A stretch of 59,482 nucleotides of DNA from the NCBI GenBank assembly GCA_964465205.1, contig CAYXJO010000009.1:1-59482 (forward strand). Direction: 5' to 3'. The translations under genes and the position numbers were made by a program. The stretch is from an uncultured Gammaproteobacteria bacterium (GTDB taxonomy: Bacteria; Patescibacteriota; Patescibacteriia; Magasanikbacterales; GWA2-37-8). Of the stretch, positions 17,371 to 25,883 are shown piece after piece (positions within the stretch are counted from its first letter, which is position 1; each line of letters starts with the position of its first letter). Under the pieces are notes generated by a model. The model was not told the DNA's origin and ran no database searches. It saw only the letters and a program-made list of their open reading frames with translations.

Positions 17371-19665
17371 ATGTCCGACAACATCTTGCGCCTTAATGAA
17401 TTTTTTGTCGAAGGCAAAGATCAGCAAAAATCGCATGTTTTGCTACATATTACCGAACCGGCCACACCCGAAGAAAAAGCCAAGGGTTATTTTTTTGCTG
17501 TCTGCGAGATAAACAACGCCACCACCGAAACCATAGTAAAACTACAAGAAATTATTGACGAAATCGAAAACAGTTATTATGAAATTGATGATAATGCCAA
17601 CCAGACCGCATTGGAACCCGTATTGCAAAAAGTCAATCAATATAGCTTTTCATTAATCAAACCAGGTGTCAAATTAAGTTGTGTTCTAGGGATAATACGA
17701 CAAAATGACATTGTCTTTTCATTTTACGGCTCGCCACAGATGGTGTTGTTCTACAAAAACAAGGCCGGAATATACCAAAAAATGGATCTGATCCAACTAA
17801 ACGCTCCCGAAGCCGACGAACCTACAACTTTGCAATTATTCCCGCAAGTAATCCAGGGTAAAATTAGTCCCAATGATTATTTATTTGTAGGCAGCGGCAA
17901 TATTACCAATTATTTCAATCTGGATAGATTAGAAAAAATTATCACTACGCGCCCAGCACGTCAAAGCGCAGAACATTTGGAACATGTGCTTTCTGAGCTC
18001 AAAAACGGCTGGTCGTTTGGCGGCTTAATCATCAACTTACAACCCGCTCCGGAACGCAATATTCACGACAAACACGTTTCTCCGGCCAAAAAGGGTGGTT
18101 CGGCCAAATCTCTCCATGCCTTTTTTGATACCGAAAAAAATACTGCCAACATATTATCCCCTTCACTATTATCGCATTTTAATGAAAAACAAAAACACGG
18201 CAGACCCACAGACCCACCTGTTGAAACCGAAGAAACAAATATACGTTATCCTCAAACAGTAATCAGTTCTACTCATCTACGTCAACACAAAACCGAATTT
18301 CGTCACAAAGACCAAAATGTGGACTATCGTGAAATTACATTACAGATTCTAAACTTTCTCAAAACCGCAACCATCGGATTATTACGTGCGCTCACTTGGA
18401 TCGTATTGGCTATCTGGGCGACAATAGTGGGCATTGCTAGATTTTTGGGGATACTATTTTTTCTGGCCACTAATTACCAAAATCGACGCGCCCTAATAAT
18501 GGATAATCTACGCCGACAATGGCGATCATACATTATATACATAAAACAACTGCCGTTAATTACCAAAATATTACTAATAGTGGCAACTCTGACAATCGCG
18601 ATATTTATCGTTAGTATCAGTTATATTAACTTCAGTCGCCAAAGAGCAGTTGCACTCCGCCTATTCAACGAAGGTATCGTAACCATCAAAAACAAAAAAG
18701 ATGCCGCCGAAAGCGCTTTGATTTATAATAATGAACCAGCCGCTATTACCGAACTCCAAGGAGCTCGAGATATTTATAATAAAATTTGTGATAAAACCAA
18801 AGATGACAATAAGGATTGCGCAGGTATCAAGGAACAATTGGATAATTTAGCCGTGCGCCTACGCAAAGAATTAGTTGCCCAACCCAAAATGCTACTTGAT
18901 ATTAATTCCTTTAATATCAACTCTAAAAATAGCCAAATCGTTAAAGTTGGTAATAAAATCTTAGCCTACAGCACCTCTTCTGAGATATTAGTGCAATATG
19001 ATACTGTATCCAAAGAAAGCCGCACAGTTAGTACCACTATCAATGTGGACGGATTTACCAATGCTGCGGTGCCCAAAGAAAACGATTTCGGATTATTGCT
19101 TTATCAAAATAAAAATTTAGCTCGTTTTGATGCCAAAGACGGAACAATTAAGACAATAGAAGTTGGATATGCCAACGACAAAGCAAACATCACCGCTCTA
19201 TTAGTATACAATCGTCGTCTTTATACACTTGACCCTGAACATAATCAAATTTATAAACATGACGTAATAAAAACCGGTTATGGTCGCGGCAATGAATGGG
19301 TAAAAGATACGGGTATAGATTTATCTAACAGTATTGATATCACAATTGACGGCGACGTATTCGTACTGAAAAATAACGGTGAAATTCTAAAATTTAACGC
19401 CGGGGAAAAACAAATATTTAGTGTACAGGGTGTAGAACCGGCGCTCGATAGTGCAACTAAAATTTGGACTTACACCGATTTGCAATATTTATACGTACTG
19501 GACGCTACCAATCAGCGTTTGGTGATTTTGTATAAAGACGGCCGTATCAAACAACAAATCACCGCTAAAGAATGGATTAACCCTACCGGCATGGTAGTAG
19601 ACGAACCCAATAATATCGCTTACATTCTCGATAATAACAAACTATACCAGGTAGCTTTGAAATAA
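17371..19665 (+). CDS. Large membrane protein: PP2C-like N-terminus, TM segments, C-terminal beta-propeller
   Basis: 764 aa; central hydrophobic helices; NHL-like repeats (DITIDGDVFVL, YVLDATNQRLV, PTGMVVD). Confidence 0.7.
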   Translation: MSDNILRLNEFFVEGKDQQKSHVLLHITEPATPEEKAKGYFFAVCEINNATTETIVKLQEIIDEIENSYYEIDDNANQTALEPVLQKVNQYSFSLIKPGVKLSCVLGIIRQNDIVFSFYGSPQMVLFYKNKAGIYQKMDLIQLNAPEADEPTTLQLFPQVIQGKISPNDYLFVGSGNITNYFNLDRLEKIITTRPARQSAEHLEHVLSELKNGWSFGGLIINLQPAPERNIHDKHVSPAKKGGSAKSLHAFFDTEKNTANILSPSLLSHFNEKQKHGRPTDPPVETEETNIRYPQTVISSTHLRQHKTEFRHKDQNVDYREITLQILNFLKTATIGLLRALTWIVLAIWATIVGIARFLGILFFLATNYQNRRALIMDNLRRQWRSYIIYIKQLPLITKILLIVATLTIAIFIVSISYINFSRQRAVALRLFNEGIVTIKNKKDAAESALIYNNEPAAITELQGARDIYNKICDKTKDDNKDCAGIKEQLDNLAVRLRKELVAQPKMLLDINSFNINSKNSQIVKVGNKILAYSTSSEILVQYDTVSKESRTVSTTINVDGFTNAAVPKENDFGLLLYQNKNLARFDAKDGTIKTIEVGYANDKANITALLVYNRRLYTLDPEHNQIYKHDVIKTGYGRGNEWVKDTGIDLSNSIDITIDGDVFVLKNNGEILKFNAGEKQIFSVQGVEPALDSATKIWTYTDLQYLYVLDATNQRLVILYKDGRIKQQITAKEWINPTGMVVDEPNNIAYILDNNKLYQVALK

Positions 19666-19674
19666 ATTTTTACT

Positions 19675-19786
19675 AAACACAAAAAGACGGATAAATATGT
19701 TTTTGTGCCTTATGAGCCCACATTAATCTGGGATTAATATTCGGGCGAACTGGGCACTAAAATATATTTATCCGTCTTTTTTGTTT
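19675..19786 (+). repeat. Long imperfect inverted repeat, probable bidirectional terminator
   Basis: Perfect 18-bp arms 19681-19698/19764-19781 with further inner stems. Confidence 0.75.
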
Positions 19787-19795
19787 ATGTAGTGA

Positions 19796-20200
19796 TTATT
19801 TCACAGCCACTTTACCACCAGCCTCTTCGATCTGTTTCTTCATGGTTTCGGCTTCTTCTTTCTTGACGCCTTCTTTGATCATTTTCGGAGCGCCATCTAC
19901 AAGAGCTTTGGCATCAGCGAGACCCAAACCGGTAATTTCTTTTACCACTTTGATCACGTTGATCTTGTTGGCACCGGCATCGGTGAGCTCAACATTGAAT
20001 TCAGTCTTCTCTTCAGCAGCGGCGGCACCACCGGCGGCCGGAGCAGCCATCATCATGGCTGGGGCAGCAGCGGATACACCGAATTTATCTTCGAGGATTT
20101 TCACGAGTTCGGAAAGATCCAAGACAGACATTTTTTCAATTTGTTCTACGAGGGCCTTGAATTTCTCCGGCACCTCAACGATTTTTTGTTCGTCGGACAT
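19796..20200 (-). CDS. rplL: 50S ribosomal protein L7/L12
   Basis: [31 protein letters not shown]. Confidence 0.98.
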   Translation of the reverse strand: MSDEQKIVEVPEKFKALVEQIEKMSVLDLSELVKILEDKFGVSAAAPAMMMAAPAAGGAAAAEEKTEFNVELTDAGANKINVIKVVKEITGLGLADAKALVDGAPKMIKEGVKKEEAETMKKQIEEAGGKVAVK

Positions 20201-20216
20201 ATTTTTATAATTTTAA

Positions 20217-20747
20217 TTAAGCTTTGGCTTTCGCCTCTTTAATATTATTGATTACACCCACTAAATTACGTAGGTTGCCAGCGAGCACATTGACGAATCC
20301 GGAAACCGGAGCGTTGAGTGTGCCAACCAAACGACCCAAAAGTTCTTGTTTGCCCGGAAGAGCGGACAGGGATTTTACTGCGGCAGCGGAAATAAATTTA
20401 TTTTCCAACACACCACCGTAAACTACCACTTGTTCGTGGTCTTTGGCAAAAGAACAAATAATCTTGGCAGGAGCAACTTCGTCTGTTAAACCCACGGCAG
20501 TGGCGACGCCACCAGTCCAGGATTTCGGGTCTACATTTTCGAGACCAGCTTCGTCACAAGCACGCTTGACCAAGGTTTTCTTGGCAGCGGTAATGACCAC
20601 ACCCTCGGCGCGGCATTTCTTGCGTAACTCTTCGGTCGCGGCTACGGTGAGCCCCTGAAAATTGGCAAAAACCACACCTTTACCGGCTTTAAGGCCATCG
20701 GTGAGAGTGCTAACAGTGGAAATTTTTTGTTGCTTTGTTTTTGGCAT
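20217..20747 (-). CDS. rplJ: 50S ribosomal protein L10
   Basis: FQGLTVA, KKTLV, LPGKQELL...LNAP. Confidence 0.97.
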   Translation of the reverse strand: MPKTKQQKISTVSTLTDGLKAGKGVVFANFQGLTVAATEELRKKCRAEGVVITAAKKTLVKRACDEAGLENVDPKSWTGGVATAVGLTDEVAPAKIICSFAKDHEQVVVYGGVLENKFISAAAVKSLSALPGKQELLGRLVGTLNAPVSGFVNVLAGNLRNLVGVINNIKEAKAKA

Positions 20748-20754
20748 AAACTAA

Positions 20755-20860
20755 CTAAAAAATCTGTGTTTCCACAGACCTAAAAGCACAAATCGACTTT
20801 ACGTAAAAACGTTTTGTACCTCGGCAGGAGATTAAGCCTAAGGGCACCTGCTGTCTATGG
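20755..20860 (-). promoter_or_regulatory. L10 ribosomal leader (autoregulatory RNA)
   Basis: AGACAGCAGGUG...CUUAAUCUCCUGCCGAGG core directly upstream of rplJ, then a hairpin near the start codon. Confidence 0.85.
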
Positions 20861-21162
20861 TTAGTGACAGTATATATTATTTAGGGAAATATGTCAAGGG
20901 CTGGCCAAAATTGGGGTTATCCACAGATGTTTTGGCTAGAATTGGCCGTTTTTCAACTAAAAGGCTTGATAGGGACAATGGCTATCGCCTACAACCAAGT
21001 AGAACAGGATATCTGGGGAACGCAGCCAACAAAGCCTATGAGATGGCCATTATGCTCGAAGACGCGGCGAAAAAACTCCGGAAGTTCGCCGGCGAGACTC
21101 TCGCGGGCCAATGTTGGGTGGACGACAATGCCTACCCGCCGGAAACATTTCCGGACTTATGA
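20857..21162 (+). CDS. Possible small hypothetical protein; true start probably internal
   Basis: Protein-like 3' half followed by a terminator; 5' part overlaps the rplJ promoter; competing frame 20891-21172. Confidence 0.3.
   Translation: MVSDSIYYLGKYVKGWPKLGLSTDVLARIGRFSTKRLDRDNGYRLQPSRTGYLGNAANKAYEMAIMLEDAAKKLRKFAGETLAGQCWVDDNAYPPETFPDL
20869..20897 (-). promoter_or_regulatory. rplJ promoter
   Basis: TTGACA-17-TATACT. Confidence 0.75.
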
Positions 21163-21182
21163 CCCGCGATAACAGTTCTTTC

Positions 21183-21219
21183 ACGGGAGTGTGCGTAAGC
21201 GCGACTCCCGTATTTTTTT
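21183..21219 (+). terminator. Rho-independent terminator
   Basis: ACGGGAGT...ACTCCCGT stem followed by a T run. Confidence 0.7.
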
Positions 21220-21228
21220 ATTCAAAAT

Positions 21229-21912
21229 CTATTTTATCACCGTCCCACTAACCTTTTTCCCATTCAGCATATTTTTCACCTGCATCATATCCGTTCCTTT
21301 TACGAACTGCACCGTCATTTTTTGTTTTTGCGCGAGTTTAGCCGCAATCGGATCAAACGGCACGTTGGCGCCTGGCACCCACTTATCCCCTACCAATTTA
21401 CGCAGCTCCACCCACGATATCTCTTCTAGTCTTTTCGCGTCTTTAAATTTATTCGGATCTTTGTCACACACATAATCAATATTTGACATATTCACCATAT
21501 TCTTCACACCATACATTTTAGCGAGCAGTGCAGCGTCGAAATCCGTACTGCACCCCGGTTTCCAACCGGCGGCGACAAGTATCGGTTCGGTCCATTTTAT
21601 TTTTTTGGAAAAATCTTTGAGCACCACTGGATTGGCATAATCACGAAAAATTGTACGAACCAAATGTGCATTGAGACGAGTGGCATGAATACCGATCCAA
21701 TCAACATCTTCGGGATGCAATTTACCAGTCGCTTTCGCCGCCGCTTGATACGATCGCGCTGTTTGTCCACCGCCAGTGATAATAATAAACCTATCTCCTT
21801 TTTTCACCCGCGCCAGAACTAGTGCTTTAAATTTTTTTAAAAAATCGGCATCAAGGCCGGTTTTGGGGGCGATCAATGACCCGCCCAGAGAGATGACTTT
21901 GTATTCCGCCAT
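21229..21912 (-). CDS. pyrH: UMP kinase, archaeal type
   Basis: ISLGGS, ITGGGQTAR, GWKPGCSTD, PFDPIA. Confidence 0.93.
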   Translation of the reverse strand: MAEYKVISLGGSLIAPKTGLDADFLKKFKALVLARVKKGDRFIIITGGGQTARSYQAAAKATGKLHPEDVDWIGIHATRLNAHLVRTIFRDYANPVVLKDFSKKIKWTEPILVAAGWKPGCSTDFDAALLAKMYGVKNMVNMSNIDYVCDKDPNKFKDAKRLEEISWVELRKLVGDKWVPGANVPFDPIAAKLAQKQKMTVQFVKGTDMMQVKNMLNGKKVSGTVIK

Positions 21913-21929
21913 ATTTTAATAATAAATTA

Positions 21930-22094
21930 TTATTTTTGATTAAATTGATTATACCAATTAGCGTTGGTCTTTTTGTCCTCACGCCGCGCTTTTACGTCCG
22001 CCACAAAAATCGCCTTGTTCGCTTTGAACAAACTAGGCGTGCGATAAGCCGTTTTGCCTTTTTGAGCGCGATTGCTAGAATAATTTTTCATCAT
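21930..22094 (-). CDS. Small basic hypothetical protein, 54 aa (not in the ORF track)
   Basis: MMKNYSSNRAQKGKTAYRTPSLF...NWYNQFNQK; ATGA overlap with the upstream stop; fills the gap before pyrH. Confidence 0.55.
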   Translation of the reverse strand: MMKNYSSNRAQKGKTAYRTPSLFKANKAIFVADVKARREDKKTNANWYNQFNQK

Positions 22095-22888
22095 TTTTGT
22101 TTTAATTCTTCCAAAATACCGTTGCCGATATCTTCAAAAATATCCCGCACTAATTCTTCATCAATATTTTCTCCAGTACGCATTTTGTTCAAACGCGCAA
22201 ATCCATCGTCCACATGATCGGCGCGCATCAGTTCCAGCCATTTTTTATCCTGGTGCTTTTCTTTTTCAGCAGTAGTCCAATCGCGAGTGGCGTTGATTGC
22301 GTTCAACATATTACGCATTTGATCGCCTACAAACCCAAACTCAAACATTTCTTCGAAGCTACCAAATTCTGGTAATTTACCTTGACGCTTAAATCTTTTA
22401 AAATCTGATTCTATTTTACCCAAAATTTCTGGGCAATACTTAGCAAACAGCTTCCACCCACGAGTACTGGCATCTAATTCCGATAGTTTGTAAGTTTTGG
22501 CGTCGCTGGTGCTATCCGGATCAAAAGTATCCACATGAGACAAACGTGTATTGAATTTCTCTTGCAACAAATGACCGACCTCGTGCAAAACCACCGATAA
22601 ACTAAGAAAATAATCACCACGGCAATATATCACAAATAAATCACCCTTTCTCAAATTATCTGCATTGGGAAACCCTAATTCACGCAAACGTTTGGCTTTC
22701 TTCTCATCGCCATCAAAAACCCGACCACTACCCATACCAAATTCCGGTGGACGATTTAACTGTTTCCATACCTTTGGTAATTCGGGTGGATTTTTTAGCG
22801 CTACACAATGTTCTCGCGCCACTCGAAACTCAATTGATTTTTCTTTTTCACTAAGACCCCCTCCATACCCATCATAATTATGAGGCAT
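22091..22888 (-). CDS. Hypothetical protein with HExxH motif (putative Zn metalloprotease)
   Basis: VVLHEVGHLLQ and a downstream ELDA. Confidence 0.6.
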   Translation of the reverse strand: MPHNYDGYGGGLSEKEKSIEFRVAREHCVALKNPPELPKVWKQLNRPPEFGMGSGRVFDGDEKKAKRLRELGFPNADNLRKGDLFVIYCRGDYFLSLSVVLHEVGHLLQEKFNTRLSHVDTFDPDSTSDAKTYKLSELDASTRGWKLFAKYCPEILGKIESDFKRFKRQGKLPEFGSFEEMFEFGFVGDQMRNMLNAINATRDWTTAEKEKHQDKKWLELMRADHVDDGFARLNKMRTGENIDEELVRDIFEDIGNGILEELKQK

Positions 22889-22896
22889 AACATTGA

Positions 22897-23235
22897 TTAT
22901 TTTTTTAACAAATCATTCACCAACCATCCCACAAGCCACATCACGAGCGCCCCCCAAAACGCTGGCCAAAATCCGATAACATAAAACCCTTTGACAATTG
23001 TGGACGCCAACCAAAACACCAAACCATTAACTACAAAAGTGAATAACCCCAAAGTCAAAATATTTATCGGCAACGTAAGTAATAACAAAATCGGACGAAT
23101 CAAGGCATTGAGCAACCCCAAGATGAGAGCGGCTACGAGCGCAGCCCAAAAGCTATGCACCGATATACCGGGCATATAATAAGCCACAAGCATTAGGGTG
23201 GCAGCGGAAATAACCCAACGAAGTAGTGTGCGCAT
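22897..23235 (-). CDS. YvlD/DUF360 (holin-like) membrane protein
   Basis: LNALIRPILLLLTLPINILTLGLFTFVVNG. Confidence 0.92.
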   Translation of the reverse strand: MRTLLRWVISAATLMLVAYYMPGISVHSFWAALVAALILGLLNALIRPILLLLTLPINILTLGLFTFVVNGLVFWLASTIVKGFYVIGFWPAFWGALVMWLVGWLVNDLLKK

Positions 23236-23236
23236 A

Positions 23237-23878
23237 TTATCCGATTAATAAATTAAATAATAATTGAATAATCGGTGAAATCAAATCAAACAACACAAAA
23301 ACAAATAATAACAAAATAATAATTCCGTAACGTGCAAAAAATGTCTCTACTTTATACGCTGTACGATGAGGTAATAGCGCGAGCAGTACTTTGGAACCGT
23401 CGAGTGGCGGAATTGGTACCAAGTTGAAAATCATGAGCACCAAATTAGCATAAACAATCATGGCCAGAAAATAAGCCAACGTGGCACCTGTCGGCAAAGC
23501 ACGCACTACGACAGCAAACGCACAAGCCAGCATAAAATTCGACATCGGCCCGGCTAGCCCCACCAACGCCGGACCCCATTTCTGATTTTTGAGATTATAC
23601 GGGTTATACGGCACCGGTTTGGCATATGCAAACATAAAATTACCCCCAGATAAAGCGAGCAAAACTACCGGCATCACAATAGTGCCCCACATATCAATAT
23701 GGGCCATGGGATTGAGTGTTAACCTGCCGGCATAGCGAGCGGTTTTATCGCCCAAAGCATCAGCCATAGCGCCGTGGGCATACTCGTGGATAATTGCCGA
23801 AGGCACGATAATAACAAAGTAAAAAAGAAATTGCATTGCCGCCATATTGACAAAAATCGTTATAAATGATATAATCAT
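23237..23878 (-). CDS. Site-2 protease (M50); alternative start 23845
   Basis: HEYAH, AGPMSN, NLVPIPPLDG. Confidence 0.95.
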   Translation of the reverse strand: MIISFITIFVNMAAMQFLFYFVIIVPSAIIHEYAHGAMADALGDKTARYAGRLTLNPMAHIDMWGTIVMPVVLLALSGGNFMFAYAKPVPYNPYNLKNQKWGPALVGLAGPMSNFMLACAFAVVVRALPTGATLAYFLAMIVYANLVLMIFNLVPIPPLDGSKVLLALLPHRTAYKVETFFARYGIIILLLFVFVLFDLISPIIQLLFNLLIG

Positions 23879-23908
23879 TATACTTTAAAAACAATAACTT
23901 ATCAATCT

Positions 23909-24085
23909 ATGTCTCGTTCTTGCGAACTATGTGGCAAAAAGGCTGTGCGCGCCAACCATGTATCCCATGCCAAAAATCGCGTGCCGCGCCGTCAAAAACC
24001 CAATTTGCAACTTTTGACCGTGTTGGGCGATCGTCTGCGCGCCTGCTCCACTTGCCGCCGTACTGTTGCCAAAAAAACCGCTTAA
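23909..24085 (+). CDS. rpmB: 50S ribosomal protein L28 (not in the ORF track)
   Basis: MSRSCELCGKK...NHVSHAKNRVPRRQKPNLQ...CSTCRRT; 58 aa. Confidence 0.95.
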   Translation: MSRSCELCGKKAVRANHVSHAKNRVPRRQKPNLQLLTVLGDRLRACSTCRRTVAKKTA

Positions 24086-24096
24086 TCAAGCCAACC

Positions 24097-24122
24097 AACC
24101 ACCCCAAACGGGGTGGTTTTTT
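24097..24122 (+). terminator. rpmB terminator
   Basis: AACCACCCC-AAAC-GGGGTGGTT followed by TTTT. Confidence 0.85.
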
Positions 24123-24238
24123 GTCCACTGTACAGATAAAATTTTATTTGATAAAATATATCAGTGTCCGACTTCAATACACACCAATTTAGTGTATTTT
24201 AAAGACATGCAACATAAATTCTATATTAAATTTCGATT

Positions 24239-24622
24239 ATGAAAAATACTGAACGTAATGTTTTACTTTTAATTATTATCGGCATCGTCATTTTATTTGG
24301 CGGATTGATCTTGGCAAAAAATTATTCCCGTTCGCACCGTACCGATAATCGAGAAATATTTTTCTACGGCGATGGCTGCCCGCACTGTCTGAACGTAGAA
24401 CAATTTGTGACCGATAATAAAGTAGAGGAAAAATTTAAATTCGAAAAACTAGAGGTATACAACCATCAAAATAATGTTGTATTAATGCAAAAATATACCA
24501 CAAAATGTGGCTTGTCGGGCGATCGCGCTATGGGAGTCCCACTCTTTTGGGACGGACCTACCGCCCAATGTTACAGTGGAGATGCAGAAATAATCAACTT
24601 CTTAAAAACAAAAATTCAATAA
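24239..24622 (+). CDS. Membrane-anchored thioredoxin/glutaredoxin-like protein
   Basis: N-terminal TM, FYGDGCPHC, GVP cis-Pro motif. Confidence 0.85.
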   Translation: MKNTERNVLLLIIIGIVILFGGLILAKNYSRSHRTDNREIFFYGDGCPHCLNVEQFVTDNKVEEKFKFEKLEVYNHQNNVVLMQKYTTKCGLSGDRAMGVPLFWDGPTAQCYSGDAEIINFLKTKIQ

Positions 24623-24636
24623 ATTCATAATTATTT

Positions 24637-25134
24637 ATGAAAAAATATTTTTTGTTATTAATCACCCTCCTTATACCCACAGCCAAGGCACAAGCCTTTT
24701 GTCCGGTATGTACCGTGGCGGCAGTGGGCGGTTTGGGCTTAACGCGTTGGATTGGCATAGATGATACTGTCAGCGGCATATGGCTGGGAGGTATTACAGT
24801 GGCGGTGTCGATTTGGACATTCGAATGGTTGGAAAAGAAAAAATGGATATTCCCCTACCATCGCGCCATTGTTACGTTGGGTTACTACGCATTACTGGTC
24901 GCGCCGCTATATTTTTATGATATCATCGGCCACCCGCTCAACAAATTTATCGGGGTAGACAAAATATTACTAGGCGTAATATTTGGTTCCGCATTCTTTT
25001 ATGGAGCCGGATATCTGTATCAATGGATGAAAAAGAACAATAATAACAAACCGCATTTTCCATACGAAAAGGTAGTATTACCTATTTTCACATTAATTAT
25101 TTTGAGTGTTATATTTTATTTTTTGACCAAATAA
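24637..25134 (+). CDS. Multi-TM membrane protein with N-terminal CPVC
   Basis: Signal-like AKAQA then FCPVC; 4-5 TM segments. Confidence 0.75.
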   Translation: MKKYFLLLITLLIPTAKAQAFCPVCTVAAVGGLGLTRWIGIDDTVSGIWLGGITVAVSIWTFEWLEKKKWIFPYHRAIVTLGYYALLVAPLYFYDIIGHPLNKFIGVDKILLGVIFGSAFFYGAGYLYQWMKKNNNNKPHFPYEKVVLPIFTLIILSVIFYFLTK

Positions 25135-25140
25135 AATAAT

Positions 25141-25674
25141 ATGTCAGAAAATCCTATCAAAAACGTCCAAGAGCTTATCGACAAAGTCGATAATATGAAA
25201 AAAGCAGATAAGATGGACTTGTCTTCCGACCAAGATCTTTCGATTGCTATCATGAACTTGATTAGCATCGAAGAACATTTTTTCTTCACCGCCGAAAAGA
25301 CTGGCAAACCTGAATATTTTGACCTATTACAGGAGGTGCGTCAAATGCGTGGTGAATTATTGCGCAAAATTATCAAAGAATACGAAGGCGAAGTCTGGTG
25401 CATATCCAAACACTTGCTCGCCGCTTCAATGCGTCTCATGGAAGTAGGCACCAAACAACACAAAATGGGCAACAAGACCGAAGCCCAAGAACTTTTCGAT
25501 AAATCTTACAACCTCTATTCCCTATTTTGGGCTCTCAACATGAAAATTGTTGGTACGGGTGATGTAAAAAAGATTGACGAAAATGCCCTCAATAAACACG
25601 ATACCGAAAAAAAAGGCTTTATGGGTAAAATGGGTGAACTGGTTAAAAAAGCGATTGATTGTTGTATTGAATAA
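25141..25674 (+). CDS. Hypothetical helical protein ending in DCCIE
   Basis: 177-aa ORF in operon with the two CxxC proteins. Confidence 0.75.
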   Translation: MSENPIKNVQELIDKVDNMKKADKMDLSSDQDLSIAIMNLISIEEHFFFTAEKTGKPEYFDLLQEVRQMRGELLRKIIKEYEGEVWCISKHLLAASMRLMEVGTKQHKMGNKTEAQELFDKSYNLYSLFWALNMKIVGTGDVKKIDENALNKHDTEKKGFMGKMGELVKKAIDCCIE

Positions 25675-25680
25675 CCAATC

Positions 25681-25691
25681 TGTGCTATAAT
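25681..25691 (+). promoter_or_regulatory. Extended -10 promoter for the ncRNA
   Basis: TGCTATAAT, 6 nt before the hairpin start. Confidence 0.6.
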
Positions 25692-25697
25692 ATAAAT

Positions 25698-25836
25698 AGG
25701 TTTTACTCTGAGCGGATAAAACTGTTCTACAACATATAAACTTGGACGGCCTATATCTGTGCGCCCCGTGGGGTCCACGTGCGGCCGACCACCCTAAATA
25801 TAGGGACAAGTTTGAACCGCTCAGATGGTGAAACCT
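25698..25836 (+). ncRNA. ssrS: 6S-like (SsrS) RNA, compact
   Basis: Rod fold AGGUUU/AAACCU, UCUGAGCGG/CCGCUCAGA, AAACUUG/CAAGUUU, CCUAUAU/AUAUAGG; A-rich bubble; CUGAGCnGAUA and UUGAACC segments recall 6S RNAs; own promoter and terminator. Confidence 0.65.
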
Positions 25837-25837
25837 A

Positions 25838-25870
25838 ACAAAAAATCCCGATTAATTCGGGATTTTTTGT
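25838..25870. terminator. Bidirectional terminator between the ncRNA and ndk
   Basis: ACAAAAAATCCCG-ATTAATT-CGGGATTTTTTGT, perfect 13-bp stem. Confidence 0.9.
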
Positions 25871-25883
25871 TATTTGAAAATAA

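Noticed and set aside
21936-22217. 93-aa plus-strand ORF
   Set aside because: Antisense to a better-supported coupled minus-strand ORF and to the HExxH gene
23907-24192. Track ORFs 23907-24128 (-) and 23920-24192 (+)
   Set aside because: Alternative frames over the real rpmB gene
25515-25809. Minus-strand ORFs over the ncRNA
   Set aside because: Low-quality translations; promoter, fold and terminator favour a plus-strand RNA
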